A stretch of 63,988 bases of DNA, counting the filler, from Stramenopiles sp. TOSAG23-6 (lineage: Eukaryota), in the NCBI GenBank assembly GCA_900128565.1. It is 7 parts of 7 records of this genome, joined end to end, with 100 filler letters (N's around TTAATTAATTAA, not from the genome) between each part and the next. Parts side by side here need not be neighbours in the genome. Positions count along the whole stretch, not along the records: positions 9,401 to 18,670 come from LT636385.1; positions 18,771 to 28,001 come from LT636386.1; 5 more parts are not named here. One strand, written 5' to 3'. Positions 10,919-22,985 of the stretch are shown here, one piece after another. Within the stretch, counting starts at the first letter, position 1, and every line of letters begins with the position of its first letter. The notes under the pieces are model-generated. The model did not search any database, was not told the origin of the DNA, and was given only the letters and a program-made list of their open reading frames with translations. A program made the translations under genes and the position numbers.

Positions 10919-11765
10919 ATATGCCACCGTTCATTACAAAATGTAAATTGTTTTTAAATCGACCTATCTGCGAAGGTCTAAATGTAAAAAGGATATTTCT
11001 ACTTTGTAGAGGTTGCAATATGCCACGTTGCAGCTGACTCTGGAAATGGGCAACTTTATTCAAAGAGAATGCTATGGCTAAATTTTCAGAACTGTTTTTT
11101 ACTGTAATTTCGATATCACGACGATCACCAACAGAGCATTCCCCAAATCGTAAAAGTCTTTGCGATAATTCGACATTTGGCATTGTAGCTGTTCCATTTA
11201 ATTCCAATGGCATTTGTTGTTTTGTATCGCTACAAATAATTTCAAGTTGTTGAGAAAATGTTTTTGTACTAGAAAATTGTATGTATTTTGGAAAAATATT
11301 TAAAAAAAAAATTAAAATTTGTTAGGTACAAAATTTTTATAAAAAAAATATTTAGATAAAAAATTGAAAAAAAAAAACATACATATTTTGAGTGTTTCCC
11401 CCGCCCTTTTTTTTCATCACACTACTAAACCCCTTTGTAACGGGTGATAATTGAGGTTTAAAAGTACATGTTATTTTTAATTTTGAATATGGTTTTATCA
11501 TCCCTTCACGTGGCGAAACGGTTAATGCATGTATTTTGGAAAAATATTTCAAAAAAAAACTTAAAAAAATCGTTAGGTACAAAATTTCCTATAAAAAAAA
11601 ATTTTCGATTTTTTTGTAAAAAAAAAAAATAAAACATACATCGGGTAATTTTGGTGGTGCATTACTCTCATCATCAAACGTCGTTTCATCACTTTTTTCA
11701 TCTGCTTTTTTTATAACAAAAGAAATCGTTTGTGGACCATTATTGACCAACAATGACGTCACAGT
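10919..11765 (-). CDS. Internal fragment of a CFAP47/Hydin-like ASH (Ig-like) ciliary protein; family introns 11281-11382, 11529-11639
   Basis: LVNNGPQTISF, LTVSPREGMIKPYS...FKP, LRFGECSVGDRRDIEITVKN, GILQPLQS...FTFRPSQIG. Exons join in frame. Confidence 0.6.
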
Positions 11766-11883
11766 ACGTATTGTGAAAAAATATTTCAAAAAAAAATTCT
11801 AAAAAATTTGTTAGGTACGAAATTTCGTATAAAAAAAATTTAAAAAAAAAAAAAAAAAAATTAGAAATTCATATAAAACATAC

Positions 11884-12569
11884 ATTCTTTTTGCGGAGAC
11901 TTTTGCTAATGTAGTCGTATAGTGTGAAAGTGTGAAATTAAAAAAAAAATAAAATCGTTAGATACAAAATGTACTATGAAAAAAAATTGAAAAAAAAATT
12001 AGTTTTTTTTTTTTTTTTTTTCTTAGGTACAAAATTTCGTATAAAAAAAAAAAATTAAAATTCATGATAAAAACGTATGCCTTCGCTCGTCGTTTACGTA
12101 ATTGGTCCCAACTATTATTTTTAGAGCCATGATATTGATCTTTTCTCTCGCCAACACGATGAAGAAGATGAAGAAGTTCCTTGTTTCCTTGATTTAAAAT
12201 TTTTCTCTGAGCTCTTCCCTTAATTTCTTTATACAAATCATTGGAATGCAAAGCGCGACTTCGTTTTACGACTTTTTCATGTTCTCGCACTTCATGAGAC
12301 ACATAAGATTTCGCATTCATAATGAGTTCATCATGCATGGCGTGATGTGCCTTTATCCACATTCTCTGGGTCATATGAAGTTTAGGTCCTTTCAGGTCTA
12401 TTTCTTTATGAATCATTTTTGGTTTTCTTTGAGACTTTTGGACAGATCGAAGCATCGCCATCAAGTATTTTTCACCAGATTCTGGTTGTATTTGATTATC
12501 AAGTGTATCCCGTTCCGACACACGTCCCATGATTTCATCCCTTAGACTTTCGGTAGACCTTCGAGCCAT
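11884..12569 (-). CDS. Hypothetical basic protein (weak CFAP97/KIAA1430-like); family intron 11915-12078
   Basis: ORF 11958..12569 runs into an ATACGT-type family insert; RKILNQGNKELLHLLHRV segment. Confidence 0.4.
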
Positions 12570-12837
12570 TTTTAATGAATAAATACAAACGAATACAACG
12601 TAGTTTTTCTAAATACAAATATGTCGTTGTAGTAGAGACAAAAATAATTTTGTATTCTTTGACTTGATCGATTTTCAGAATGAAACTGTCAAAAAAAAAA
12701 AAAAAATTCCATAATTTTGGGTCCCGGGTATCTTTTTTTAGGTAATCATTTTCCTTCGAAGCGAAGCAAAAGCCGCAAGCGCGAAAAAAAAGACGCAAGT
12801 GTTCTCCCTCACTCATTTGTGTATTTCATGTTTTGAG

Positions 12838-14910
12838 ATGGTGATGATGGATAATAATGAATCAGATGGTGAAGTATCTGGTATAATTTACCCTCCACCT
12901 GATGTCCGTGCGATTGTTGATAAAACAGCGCAATTTGTAGCCAGAAATGGAGTTCAATTTGAGTCCCGCATCGCTGCCAGCGAGTCGGGTAACCTCAAGT
13001 TTGCTTTTCTTCAGAAAAATGATCCATATCATGCATATTACAAATTCATGGTTGCAGGTGGTGGCGATAAAACAAAGGAAAAGTCAAATGCCGATGGAGA
13101 TGACAAAAACAATGATACCACCGAAAAATCCTCAAATGAAATACCTCAAAGTTCCACAACGGATGACACGAATGGTCCGGAGAGTTCATCAGTATCAACT
13201 ACTATAGGTACAGTGCTACAGAAGAAAGCAACTTCAAAGTCATGGGGTCGATATTTAGATGCTAGCATGTCCAATGTTCCACCTGAAGAACCAGAACTTA
13301 TATTTGATCCCATCCACTCGGATCCTGAGTTAGTGGACGTCATAAAATTAGTCGCTCAACATGTTGCTGTCAGTGGAAGGCGATTTTTAGATCAAGTTGT
13401 TGTCAGAGAGAGGTTAAACACAGAATTTAACTTTTTAAAAACGGATCATAAATTATTTCCTTATTTCACGTCCTTAATTAAAGCATATGAGAGGTGTGTC
13501 GTTCCAACGCAAGATTTATTGGACTCTCTAAAAAATGATGTGACAAGTATTGACCCAATTCTTCGAAGGTCCGTTCACATTATGGATTATACTCAAAGAA
13601 CAAGAGATCAAAAAAAAATAGATGAAGAAGAAGCACGAGCTGAGAGGATTATGTATTTATCTACAGATTGGCATGATTTTGTTGTTGTTGAGACAATAAC
13701 GTTTGACGAATCCGATGAATATGATGATGTCGATGATTCGACTACCCATGACAATTCGAATCAATCGAATACAAAGTCTAATCTCAACTCAAGCCATAGT
13801 GATAGAACGTCTCGTCAAACGTCAGCAATGGATATCGATGACCGTGGGCAAAAATATTCTGAACAGATGGGCAGTCAAAGTCAATCCAATTCAGAAAATA
13901 CACGAAAAAAACGAAAATTAAACGTTCAAACTGATTATAAGCCAAAAGTTCAAAGTGCTACTGTCGAAGAACAACATTTTGTAGATAAAACAGGACGACG
14001 TATTGCCGTTGACCAATCAGAAGAAGTCATGCGGATAGAGTTACTCGATCCGACATGGCGTGAACAGCGTCAGCGCTCAATAGCTAAACAAAAAATTACT
14101 GCATTTGCAACAAACAACCAAATTGCTTCGAATTTACGTCGATTACAAACAAAACGTGGAGAAGCTGAAAGTTTGAACAAAGACGACGAATCTTCATCAA
14201 AAAATCTTGGTGACAAACTTGCTGAAATTAAAGGGTATGATCCAATGGATACATCAGAAGCAGCTAATGATGATGATGATGATGAGAAAATTAATTCTGT
14301 AATGAATAGCCTAGGTGGTGTTGTTCAATCCAATTCATCAAACCCTAACCCTAACCTCAGGAAAAGTCATGCCATGAGTCAATCCATTTTGCCTCCTCCT
14401 CCAATGACTCACTTGAATACTACCAATGATACAATTGATCATAAGATTATACCAAATATGCCAAAAACAATACAACAAAATCAAACAATTCAACCACCAC
14501 CACCATCATCACAAAGTGTACCTGTTGAACCGAAAAGTATGCCTCCTCCTCAAGAAAAATGGAAAGATCCAAATGCATTGATTTCCGCAGTTGAATGGCA
14601 AAAAACTCATACGGACAAAATTTTAATTAAAATTCAAGTTCCTATGGATGAAAATGGAAGTATGTATCCTACACAATGGGGATTGAATGGTCAAGTGATT
14701 GAAATCAATGCAAATCTTTCAGAAACTATTAAACAAATTAAATTGAAATTGTCTACACATTTGGGGAAAATGCCATGTAACAAGCAACAATTAAAATCTG
14801 TTCAATTTGGATTTCTTAGAGATAATTTAAGTCTTTCACATTATAATTTTACTGGGACAATAGACCTTGTGTTGAAACCAAAGGTAAGAGGCAAACGTGG
14901 AAAAAGATAG
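12838..14910 (+). CDS. SF3A1: Splicing factor 3A subunit 1 (Prp21/SAP114), U2 snRNP
   Basis: SURP1 GIIYPPPDVRAIVDKTAQFVARNG, SURP2 VIKLVAQHVAVSG, DWHDFVVVETI, MRIELLDPTWREQ, a Pro-rich region and a C-terminal ubiquitin-like domain. Confidence 0.95.
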   Translation: MVMMDNNESDGEVSGIIYPPPDVRAIVDKTAQFVARNGVQFESRIAASESGNLKFAFLQKNDPYHAYYKFMVAGGGDKTKEKSNADGDDKNNDTTEKSSNEIPQSSTTDDTNGPESSSVSTTIGTVLQKKATSKSWGRYLDASMSNVPPEEPELIFDPIHSDPELVDVIKLVAQHVAVSGRRFLDQVVVRERLNTEFNFLKTDHKLFPYFTSLIKAYERCVVPTQDLLDSLKNDVTSIDPILRRSVHIMDYTQRTRDQKKIDEEEARAERIMYLSTDWHDFVVVETITFDESDEYDDVDDSTTHDNSNQSNTKSNLNSSHSDRTSRQTSAMDIDDRGQKYSEQMGSQSQSNSENTRKKRKLNVQTDYKPKVQSATVEEQHFVDKTGRRIAVDQSEEVMRIELLDPTWREQRQRSIAKQKITAFATNNQIASNLRRLQTKRGEAESLNKDDESSSKNLGDKLAEIKGYDPMDTSEAANDDDDDEKINSVMNSLGGVVQSNSSNPNPNLRKSHAMSQSILPPPPMTHLNTTNDTIDHKIIPNMPKTIQQNQTIQPPPPSSQSVPVEPKSMPPPQEKWKDPNALISAVEWQKTHTDKILIKIQVPMDENGSMYPTQWGLNGQVIEINANLSETIKQIKLKLSTHLGKMPCNKQQLKSVQFGFLRDNLSLSHYNFTGTIDLVLKPKVRGKRGKR

Positions 14911-15342
14911 ATTGTATCAACCCTAACCCAACCCTGGTATCAAATTAAAAAAAACATGATTTTTTTGGTTTTATAGTTTTATAGTTTTATGTTTTTTTGT
15001 GGTTTTATGGTTTTATGGTTTTATGTATGGTTAATTAATATGAAGTGAAAAAAAGCATGATTTTGTTTTATGGTTTTATGTATGGTTGATTAATATGAAG
15101 TGAAAAGAAAACGAAACGGAAAACTATCTTTTTTTTGAAAAGAAATTTCATTATCATTTTATGAATTAAATTTATTAGTTTGAAAATATTTTATTTTATT
15201 TTGGTGCACTACCGACAGATGTAGGGTTTTAAAGTTGAATTTAACTATTTTTTCATTGATTTTCAAACCAATTATTGTTTCTTGAGCTGCTGTAAAAGTA
15301 AATTGACTATCTCTGATGAATGTGAATTTTTTTGAGAAAACT

Positions 15343-15630
15343 TCATTNCTTTTGTTGGTTTTGGTTTCTCAGAAGGTTGCCCAGAACCTTCGACAGAACG
15401 TTGTCATCTAATTTGTATAATTTTGCTATTTCTTCTTCTGACAAGACGTCAATAAGATCTTTAATAAATTTAACATCACCTTTATCAACAGCAAAGATAA
15501 GTGCTTTGTTTTTCTTTTCTTTTGGCAAGACATAGGCATCAGCACCACCAGCGATAAGTCGTTGAACTACTTCATCCTTACCATTTGATGTCAATAAGGC
15601 AAATACATACGGAGCTACACCATTGTCTGT
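15343..15630 (-). pseudogene. Ankyrin-repeat gene remnant
   Basis: NGKDEVVQRLIAGGAD...KALIFAVDKGDVKFIKDLI; short and lacks a clear start. Confidence 0.4.
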
Positions 15631-15910
15631 TGGCTAATTATTGTATATATAGTGTTGTTTATTGTATATAAATAGTATAAGGATTTCGTGTGTATGTGAT
15701 ATCGGTGTAAAAAGCACAAGTTTCTTAGTAGTATATAATTTAAACCAGAAATAATTGGAAAGTCGAAATCTCAAAATTGCGATTGGAAACAAAAAAAATA
15801 TGTATTTATTTTTTACCAAAAAATGTTTTTATTAAGATAAAAATTTCAATATTTTTTTTGTACCAAATTTTGTACCTAACAAAAAAAACATTTTTTTGAA
15901 TTATTTTCAG

Positions 15911-16591
15911 TTATGGTTTACTATGGTGGGTTCTTAGCGCAACGTGGTATTTACAAATAACCTTCGTGAAGTATGGTTTATTGCCCTTTAACAGTTTTGA
16001 AACTGTTAGCCCATTTTTGTAGTTGTTGTCAAAGAATTTGCGTTCCCAGCGAAAGTGGTTACCCCACTTACGACGTTTGCTTACAACAGCAATTGCATGG
16101 CACCAGTTGTCTTCAGGCATACCATCATCTTCGAACCCACACTCTTTGTTTAAAGTTCCAATTACCAGCAGGGGTAGGTGGTGGGATTTGATGATTGCTT
16201 TATGGTCTTTATTTTTGATCGTTTTGAAGATTAACTTTCTTTTGTGTTTTTTTGTCAATGCCCGCTCTATTGCTTCAAGACACCACGTGACACCTTCTCT
16301 CCCACAAATCTCTCTCGTTAGATCCTTTTCTTTGTGTTTCCTTGAGACTTTTTGACGTTTTGTATATGTTTCGGGGATCTGGTGGTCTAGCTCTTCTATT
16401 GTTGGCGCTGCATCACCAAGCAGCTTCTTTAGAGCCACATGGACACATTTCCCACGATCATCTGGGCAAGCAGGCGGTGGCATATCAACTCCCAAAAAAG
16501 TAGAGAGTAAGGTTACGTCTCTATGGTTCGGGACATGATTGATAGCAGAATAAGTTTGACAGAAATATTTTTTAAAATCGGCTCCAAACAC
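15911..16591 (-). CDS. Hypothetical basic protein
   Basis: 226-codon ORF with higher GC than its flanks; no recognisable family. Confidence 0.45.
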   Translation of the reverse strand: MFGADFKKYFCQTYSAINHVPNHRDVTLLSTFLGVDMPPPACPDDRGKCVHVALKKLLGDAAPTIEELDHQIPETYTKRQKVSRKHKEKDLTREICGREGVTWCLEAIERALTKKHKRKLIFKTIKNKDHKAIIKSHHLPLLVIGTLNKECGFEDDGMPEDNWCHAIAVVSKRRKWGNHFRWERKFFDNNYKNGLTVSKLLKGNKPYFTKVICKYHVALRTHHSKP

Positions 16592-16864
16592 GAAATATCA
16601 GGTTAATTAGTTAGATTTAGATTTCGTGATTTATATTTTAATCGACTGTTGGCCATATATTCAAATGGACATCAACGCCGGCCACCACTCATCTGATACC
16701 ATTCGTGTGTCTGTGTGGCCACTAATTGTTATATGTTATAAAGAGAATAAAGAGATTCATTCTTAAGTTAATTAAGCAGATTTAGATTATATTGGACCCT
16801 ATACTTTCTTTATCTAAATTATTATATATATCCATTGCGTGTTTCTGAAAATAATATAGAGATA

Positions 16865-17730
16865 ATGCCACAGGATGACGTACCGAAGAATCTAATATGC
16901 CCTATTACACAAGACTTATTTAAAGATCCTGTTTTTGCTGCAGATGGTCACACGTATGAAAGAGCTGCAATTTTGCGCCACTTTCAATTTTCAAAAATTA
17001 CGTCACCTTTAACAAATGAATCGTTGCCGCATTTTAACCTTGTGTCAAATTTTCATTGTAAATCTCTATGTTTGGAATGGAAACAACAACAAGATAACAA
17101 GATGAGTTACCTCGAATCACTGTTGTTGAAATGCTTTCAAGCGAAAAATTCGGCAGACATTATTAACACTATTACACAAATGATTGAGTTGGTTACCAAC
17201 TCTGAAACATGTATTCTTCAAATGTCAAGTCTCGATAAGTTGAAATTAGTTTTCGTTGCCGCCAGTAATTATACAGAAGAAGTTGAATCTGTATTGGATA
17301 CACTACAAATGATGTGTAAAGAGAAGAACGATAAATGGCTTCAAAAGCTTATTAAAATAAGAGAAATGAGAAANGTCAATGAAGAATCCGTTGTTGCTTT
17401 GGAAAATGAGATTGATGAAGAAGTCAAAGTAGCAAAGGCTGCATTTGAAAAGGCAAAGAAGAAATTACCAGCAGCAAAGAAACGATTCAAAGATGCAAAA
17501 GCGAAAAGATCAGCGCAAAGTAATTTGAATCGGATAGAGAGTGCAATTTCAGAAACAAAGAAGAAATATGACGAAATTGTTCAAGCACAAATGGAGAAGA
17601 TTGATTGTTTGAATGGTTTTAAAAAGTTGACAAAATCATTTATAGAAGAGGAGACAAAACTTTATTCCAGATTGGATGAAATTGATGATATCGTTGATGA
17701 GAATGTACCACCTACAGTATCTAATAATAA

Positions 17731-17765
<35 letters not shown>

Positions 17766-18490
17766 GTAGTAGTAGTGGTAGTAGTAGTAGTAGTAGTAGT
17801 GGTAGTAATGGTATTATTATTATTAGTAGTAGTAGTAGTAGTGGAAAAAAACGAAAATCGAGTTCATCATCATCATCATCATCTAATAGCGCAGTAAAGT
17901 GTCAAAAGATAGAAAATAAAGGTGCGCGGAATTTATTTGAACTTGGTCATGCAAAATATCATGGCACTGACTTTCAAACTATTGATGAAAAGAATGGACA
18001 ACGAATGATTGAATCTGCAGCTATTGCTGGTTTTCCAATGGCTATTGCTTGTTGTACATATAGTGGCTGGAATGGTTATAAAAAGGATGATAAAAAAGCA
18101 TTTAAGATGTTTATGGATAATAGTGATTATAGTTATGCTCAATATTATATTGGTCGATGCTATTATTATGGTTTTGGTGTTGCTAAAGATAAAAAAGAAG
18201 CTTTCAAGTGGTATACGAAATCGGCTAATTTAGGTAATAGTATGGGACAATTTGGACTAGGTTGGTGTTTTTATCATGGTTGGGGTGTTGATCAAGACAG
18301 AAAAGAAGCTTTCAAGTGGTGGACTAAATCTGCTAATTTAGGTAATAGTACAGGACAATATCATCTTGGTAATTGCTATTTTTATGGTCGTGGTGTTGCT
18401 GAAGACGACAATGCAGCTAAAAAATGGTATACTAAATCTGCTAATTTAGGTAATAGTGATGCAAAAGACATGCTTGATGACTACTTCTAA
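16865..18490 (+). CDS. U-box + coiled coil + poly-Ser + Sel1 repeat protein
   Basis: U-box LICPITQDLFKDPVFAADGHTYERAAI and Sel1 repeats AQYYIGRCYYYGFGVAKDKKEAFKWYTKSANLG. Confidence 0.9.
17730..17882 (+). repeat. (AGT)n/(TCA)n microsatellite encoding poly-Ser
   Basis: Imperfect trinucleotide run seen directly. Confidence 0.9.
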
Positions 18491-18770
18491 ATTCTGTTTT
18501 TGCTTACATTTTTATACCTAACATTTTTATTTTCAAAAAATAAAATAAATATATTTTAAACTGCATTAAAAATAAAATTTATTTTTCAAATTTCATTTTT
18601 TTTTAAATTTATTCCTACTAAAATAGTTTTGTTTTGCAATATCTTTCAAATGTGATGATTTTAATGGACCNNNNNNNNNNNNNNNNNNNNNNNNNNNNNN
18701 NNNNNNNNNNNNNNTTAATTAATTAANNNNNNNNNNNNNNNNNNNNNNNNNNNNNNNNNNNNNNNNNNNN

Positions 18771-19325
18771 ATTTCGATCTCTTTTGCTACGCGCAATTGA
18801 CTGTATTTTTATTGCAGAATTATTTTCAGTACATCGTTGTTTGCGTTCTCTCCTTCCTCTTACTATTGATTGGACTTGCGTAGATGCAAATTGTTGTTGT
18901 CGTAGATGCATACGATCTTTTCTTCCACGTTGAATGGATTGTATACGAGTTGCCGAGATTTTCTTTTTCTGGAGGTTAGCATTGCATCGTTTGCCTCTAA
19001 ATGTTGATTGTATTAGTGTTGACGAAGCATGTTTACGAACCATTACATTTCGATCTCTTTTGCTACGCGCAATTGACTGTATTTTTATTGCAGAATTATT
19101 TTCAGTACATCGTTGTTTGCGTTCTCTCCTTCCTCTTACTATTGATTGGACTTGCGTAGATGCAAATTGTTGTTGTCGTAGATGCATACGATCTTTTCTT
19201 CCACGTTGAATGGATTGTATACGAGTTGCCGAGATTTTCTTTTTCTGAAGGTTAGCATTGCATCGTTTACCTCTAAATTTTGATTGTATTAGTGTTGACG
19301 AAGCATGTTTACGAACCATTAAATT
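18771..19325. repeat. 276-bp near-identical tandem duplication (4 IQ motifs per unit)
   Basis: ATTTCGATCTCTTTTGCTACGCGC occurs at 18771 and 19047. Confidence 0.9.
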
Positions 19326-20474
19326 TCGATCTCTTTTGCCGCGTGTAATTGACTGTATGTTTATTGCAGACATATTTTCTAAGTGATGCTGCTTGCGTTC
19401 TCTTTTGCCTCGCACTATAGATTGAATCTGGATGCAAGCAACTTGCTGTCGCCAAAGATGCACACGGGTACTTCTTCCTCGACATACCGATTGTATAAGA
19501 GTCGCAGATACTTGTTGTTTGCATAAATTAAAACGGCATTGTCTACCTCGTGTATGTGCTTGTATACTCACTACGGATTTGTCTATTCTTTCAGGCGTCC
19601 AATAAGACGCAGGATACCCAGGAGGAGGCTCAGGTCGACATTCAATAGTGGACCTTTCTATAGTAGAAAGGATGAGATGATTGGGCACCCCTTCAGGTTT
19701 GCACCATTGTGATACACCTGTCACGAGATTATGATAATATTTGCTTGCGTCATCTGTAACCCATTCTTCCCAATTTGCCATTGTATTTGATATACTAGCG
19801 TCACTTTGTCCGATACCTTTTTTCTCTTCATATGTAAATCTTTTGTTTGAGTTGTTTACACGGGCAACTTCGATCCATGCTTGAAGATCTTCTGGAGAAC
19901 TATCAAAGGACAAAACAAATTTTATAAATTGGTCATAATGTACTCGATCACTGGCATCATTCGTTATAGCAAACAATATGCGTAGTGTTTGTATCTCATC
20001 TTCTGTGAAATCAAGTTGCACGCTAACTTTAAGAGTTTCTATAAATTCAGACCACTTGAGCAAACCTGTTTGATTTGTATCCATATCCTCAAATACGCTA
20101 AAGTAATCTACCCCTTCTCGTTGAGCAGCGACATATCCTTCCTTCCATATCTTATTACATAAATGTTTCACTTTACTACCGATAGTAATTTCTATATTTT
20201 CGTCGTCATCCAACCTACACGGCTTTATATTAAGTAGTCGTAAGCTCGACACTTTTGCAATAGCACGGTTTAATTTTGCAGGGGCTGGTGGCCGAATTGT
20301 AAATGTATCACTATTTAGCATCGACTTAATCAAATGAGTTGCACATACAGGTTCTTCCCACTGTGACTCCCCAGTTTTGCAGTTGTGATAGTAAGGACCG
20401 TTACCATCGTCCCAAATTTCCCATAGTACTTCGTAGTCCCATGAATCATCTACGTCCCAACCTTCTTCCCACAT
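18771..20474 (-). CDS. WW + EF-hand + WW + tandem IQ-motif protein, 3' truncated
   Basis: WW motifs PYYHNCKTGESQWEEP and YYHNLVTGVSQWCKP, EF-hand DTNQTGLLKWSEF, and many IQSxxRG motifs at 23-aa spacing. Confidence 0.85.
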
Positions 20475-21033
20475 TTCAAAGGAGTAATGAAGTTATATAG
20501 TTTCTATAGCAACATAATTTGGGTGAATAATTGTGTGCTAATCAATCATTTAAATAATAAATACATCAGCTCGTAGTGCATTCTATGTCTTATCCAATAC
20601 TTCCAGTTAGAGGAAGCGTCAGCACAATCAATCGAGTGACTAATATGGTATATATCCTTTCGCTTGAACCACTTTGAAACTGTCGCTGCTATATTTGCTT
20701 TGAACTTGCTCTTTAATGAACGTATTTTTCATTCGAGTGGTATCGGTCCATACCTTTACTGTAATACGTAGTTGTGAGTGGGCTCGACAGCGACGCCCAA
20801 GCTATGACACCATTCAATGATTTAGAAGTAAATGAAAGATGAATAAGTTATATGTTGTAATCCATATGCAAAAATGATTCATTTATTCATCAACTCTGTA
20901 CTGGAAGCTGTCACTACAAAATTTAGAAAGTATTTTTCAATTTGACGAAAACAAAACAGTGTTGAAGCTAAAATACCAAATAGAAAAAAAATATATTTTC
21001 TTGTTTCTTTATTACGGTAATAATTTGATAACT

Positions 21034-22461
21034 CTATTCACTTTCATGAAGAGTGGCATTTGCGTTAATTTTTGCTTCAGCTTGCACGCACTTCACGTGG
21101 TACTTTGCTGCAATTGCGGCTTCTTCATGTGCTTTGCGAATAGCTGCAATTTGCTCAGCCCGAGCTATGGTGAGTTGCATTTGTTGCTGCTTTACCGTTT
21201 CTATCACGGCATCATACTTAATTTTACTTATATTAAGAGTAGGACTTTTAGATCTATTGGTTGGACTATGAACGTTCATAAAAGCAATGTATTCCATTTG
21301 TTCCTCTTTATTTTTCATTTCTTGCTCAGCAATCAATTGCTCATAATTTTCGTCAATTTCTATTGTTCCGACTTTTGACATTAAAGAAGAGTGCATACTC
21401 AAAAGTTCAGTTTCTTGTCGAAGACGATGCAATTTTTCCATTTCAGCATATTCTGCTTGTAATTCGTCAAGATTTGCTATTTTACGTTGTGTACTCTCTA
21501 TAGTATTTACTGCAGATTTTATTATTTTTGGAATTTTCGTTAGTTTTTCTTCTATTAGTTCACCACGTTTGACATCATTTTCCGTTTTGTTTATTTCGAT
21601 TTCTTCTTCGGCAAGCGATTCAGTTTGCTTCACATCTTCAGTTATCTCCATAAACTCAGCCTCTGCAGCTGAAAGATCAAGTGAATCATCTCGATCTCGT
21701 GGCTCTTCTTTTACTGTTTTNTTTTCGTACGTTTCAGACGATTNATCTTGCTTTTCTTCTGTCATATTTTTATCTTGAAGTTGGGGAGTTGTATTCACTT
21801 CTGCTACCGACTTTGTTTCATTATCTTTTGGAAAGGTCAAATTTTGTTTTTTATTTTCTTGTTGTTTTGCTTTATTGATCATTGATAATAATGGCTTTGC
21901 CTTAGATCTCAAAGGTTCTACATGAGTATAAGAACCGTCTTTATTTTTATTCCTTTTGAAGCGCGTTTGTAAAGCAGCCATACTTTTCTTTTCCGACTTT
22001 GATAAAGGACATTTTAATTTCGTGTGAAAGTCTTGAGCATGGTCCTCAACATCACGACAAAGCTGTTCTAGCTGTTGTTTTGTTCGCTTCAATTCGATTT
22101 GTAGAGCCTCGTGCTTCGGAACTGTATCAATAAATAGAGATTGATGAGATATTTGTCCAATTAAATTACTGTGATGCTTCATTGTCTCAGTCATTGCGTG
22201 CTTTCGAGACATTAAATCAGTGAGGTCTTGAGCAACATCAAGTATCATGGGTGCTTTTCCATCTGTAGCAGCATGTGCAGCTGTTGTATAATCCCGATGT
22301 TTATGTTTTGGCGACATAGATGAACTATTCGAGGCTGTGTGATGGTGGTGGTGGTGGTGGCGTTTTTCTTTCGGACGTTTAGAAGAATTCGTTTCTTCTC
22401 GATGGTGGTGGTGACGACGATGGTGTTTGGAATGCCTACTCTTACTATCTGGATTATTCAT
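21034..22461 (-). CDS. Hypothetical coiled-coil protein with His-rich N-terminus
   Basis: Long ORF with poly-His tracts. Confidence 0.65.
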   Translation of the reverse strand: MNNPDSKSRHSKHHRRHHHHREETNSSKRPKEKRHHHHHHHTASNSSSMSPKHKHRDYTTAAHAATDGKAPMILDVAQDLTDLMSRKHAMTETMKHHSNLIGQISHQSLFIDTVPKHEALQIELKRTKQQLEQLCRDVEDHAQDFHTKLKCPLSKSEKKSMAALQTRFKRNKNKDGSYTHVEPLRSKAKPLLSMINKAKQQENKKQNLTFPKDNETKSVAEVNTTPQLQDKNMTEEKQDXSSETYEXKTVKEEPRDRDDSLDLSAAEAEFMEITEDVKQTESLAEEEIEINKTENDVKRGELIEEKLTKIPKIIKSAVNTIESTQRKIANLDELQAEYAEMEKLHRLRQETELLSMHSSLMSKVGTIEIDENYEQLIAEQEMKNKEEQMEYIAFMNVHSPTNRSKSPTLNISKIKYDAVIETVKQQQMQLTIARAEQIAAIRKAHEEAAIAAKYHVKCVQAEAKINANATLHESE

Positions 22462-22985
22462 ACTACTAACGTATACCAAACCGACGAAGGAATATCCAAT
22501 ATACAATTCGAGCTCAAGGGGTGAACGGTGTGCTCAGCAAGATCGATTCTTCACAATAGTAGTGCAAGCAAAGATATGTTCGTCGGTTACTTTTGTAGAA
22601 AAATCCCCCCGAAAAATCATTCAGCTGTGCTTAAGTACGAAAATTTGTACCTAAAAATCGATCTGGAATTGAGAATGAAATTGTTTTTTTTGTCAATAAT
22701 TAGCCTAGGGTTAGGGCTTTCAAAAAATATGAAAAAAAGTGAAATTTCAAAATCGAATCCTTTGATTCATTAACCTACAGAAATGGAAAAGTTCAAAAAC
22801 ATTGTAGCCGTGAAAATAAAAAGTAACTCCTTATTTCAATTAATTCGCCTAGGATAAATGTAAACCAGAGTATGTAATTTTTACTTTTTGAAACAAGAAA
22901 AATAAAGACGATTTTTTTTTACTACGAAAATTCATACCTAAATATATATATTTTATATTTTACTATTACGAAGTATTACGTTATT

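Noticed and set aside
17676-17897. Poly-Val, poly-Ala and many F/K/I-rich short ORFs in the ORF track
   Set aside because: They are shadows of microsatellites, antisense frames or translations of the intron family.
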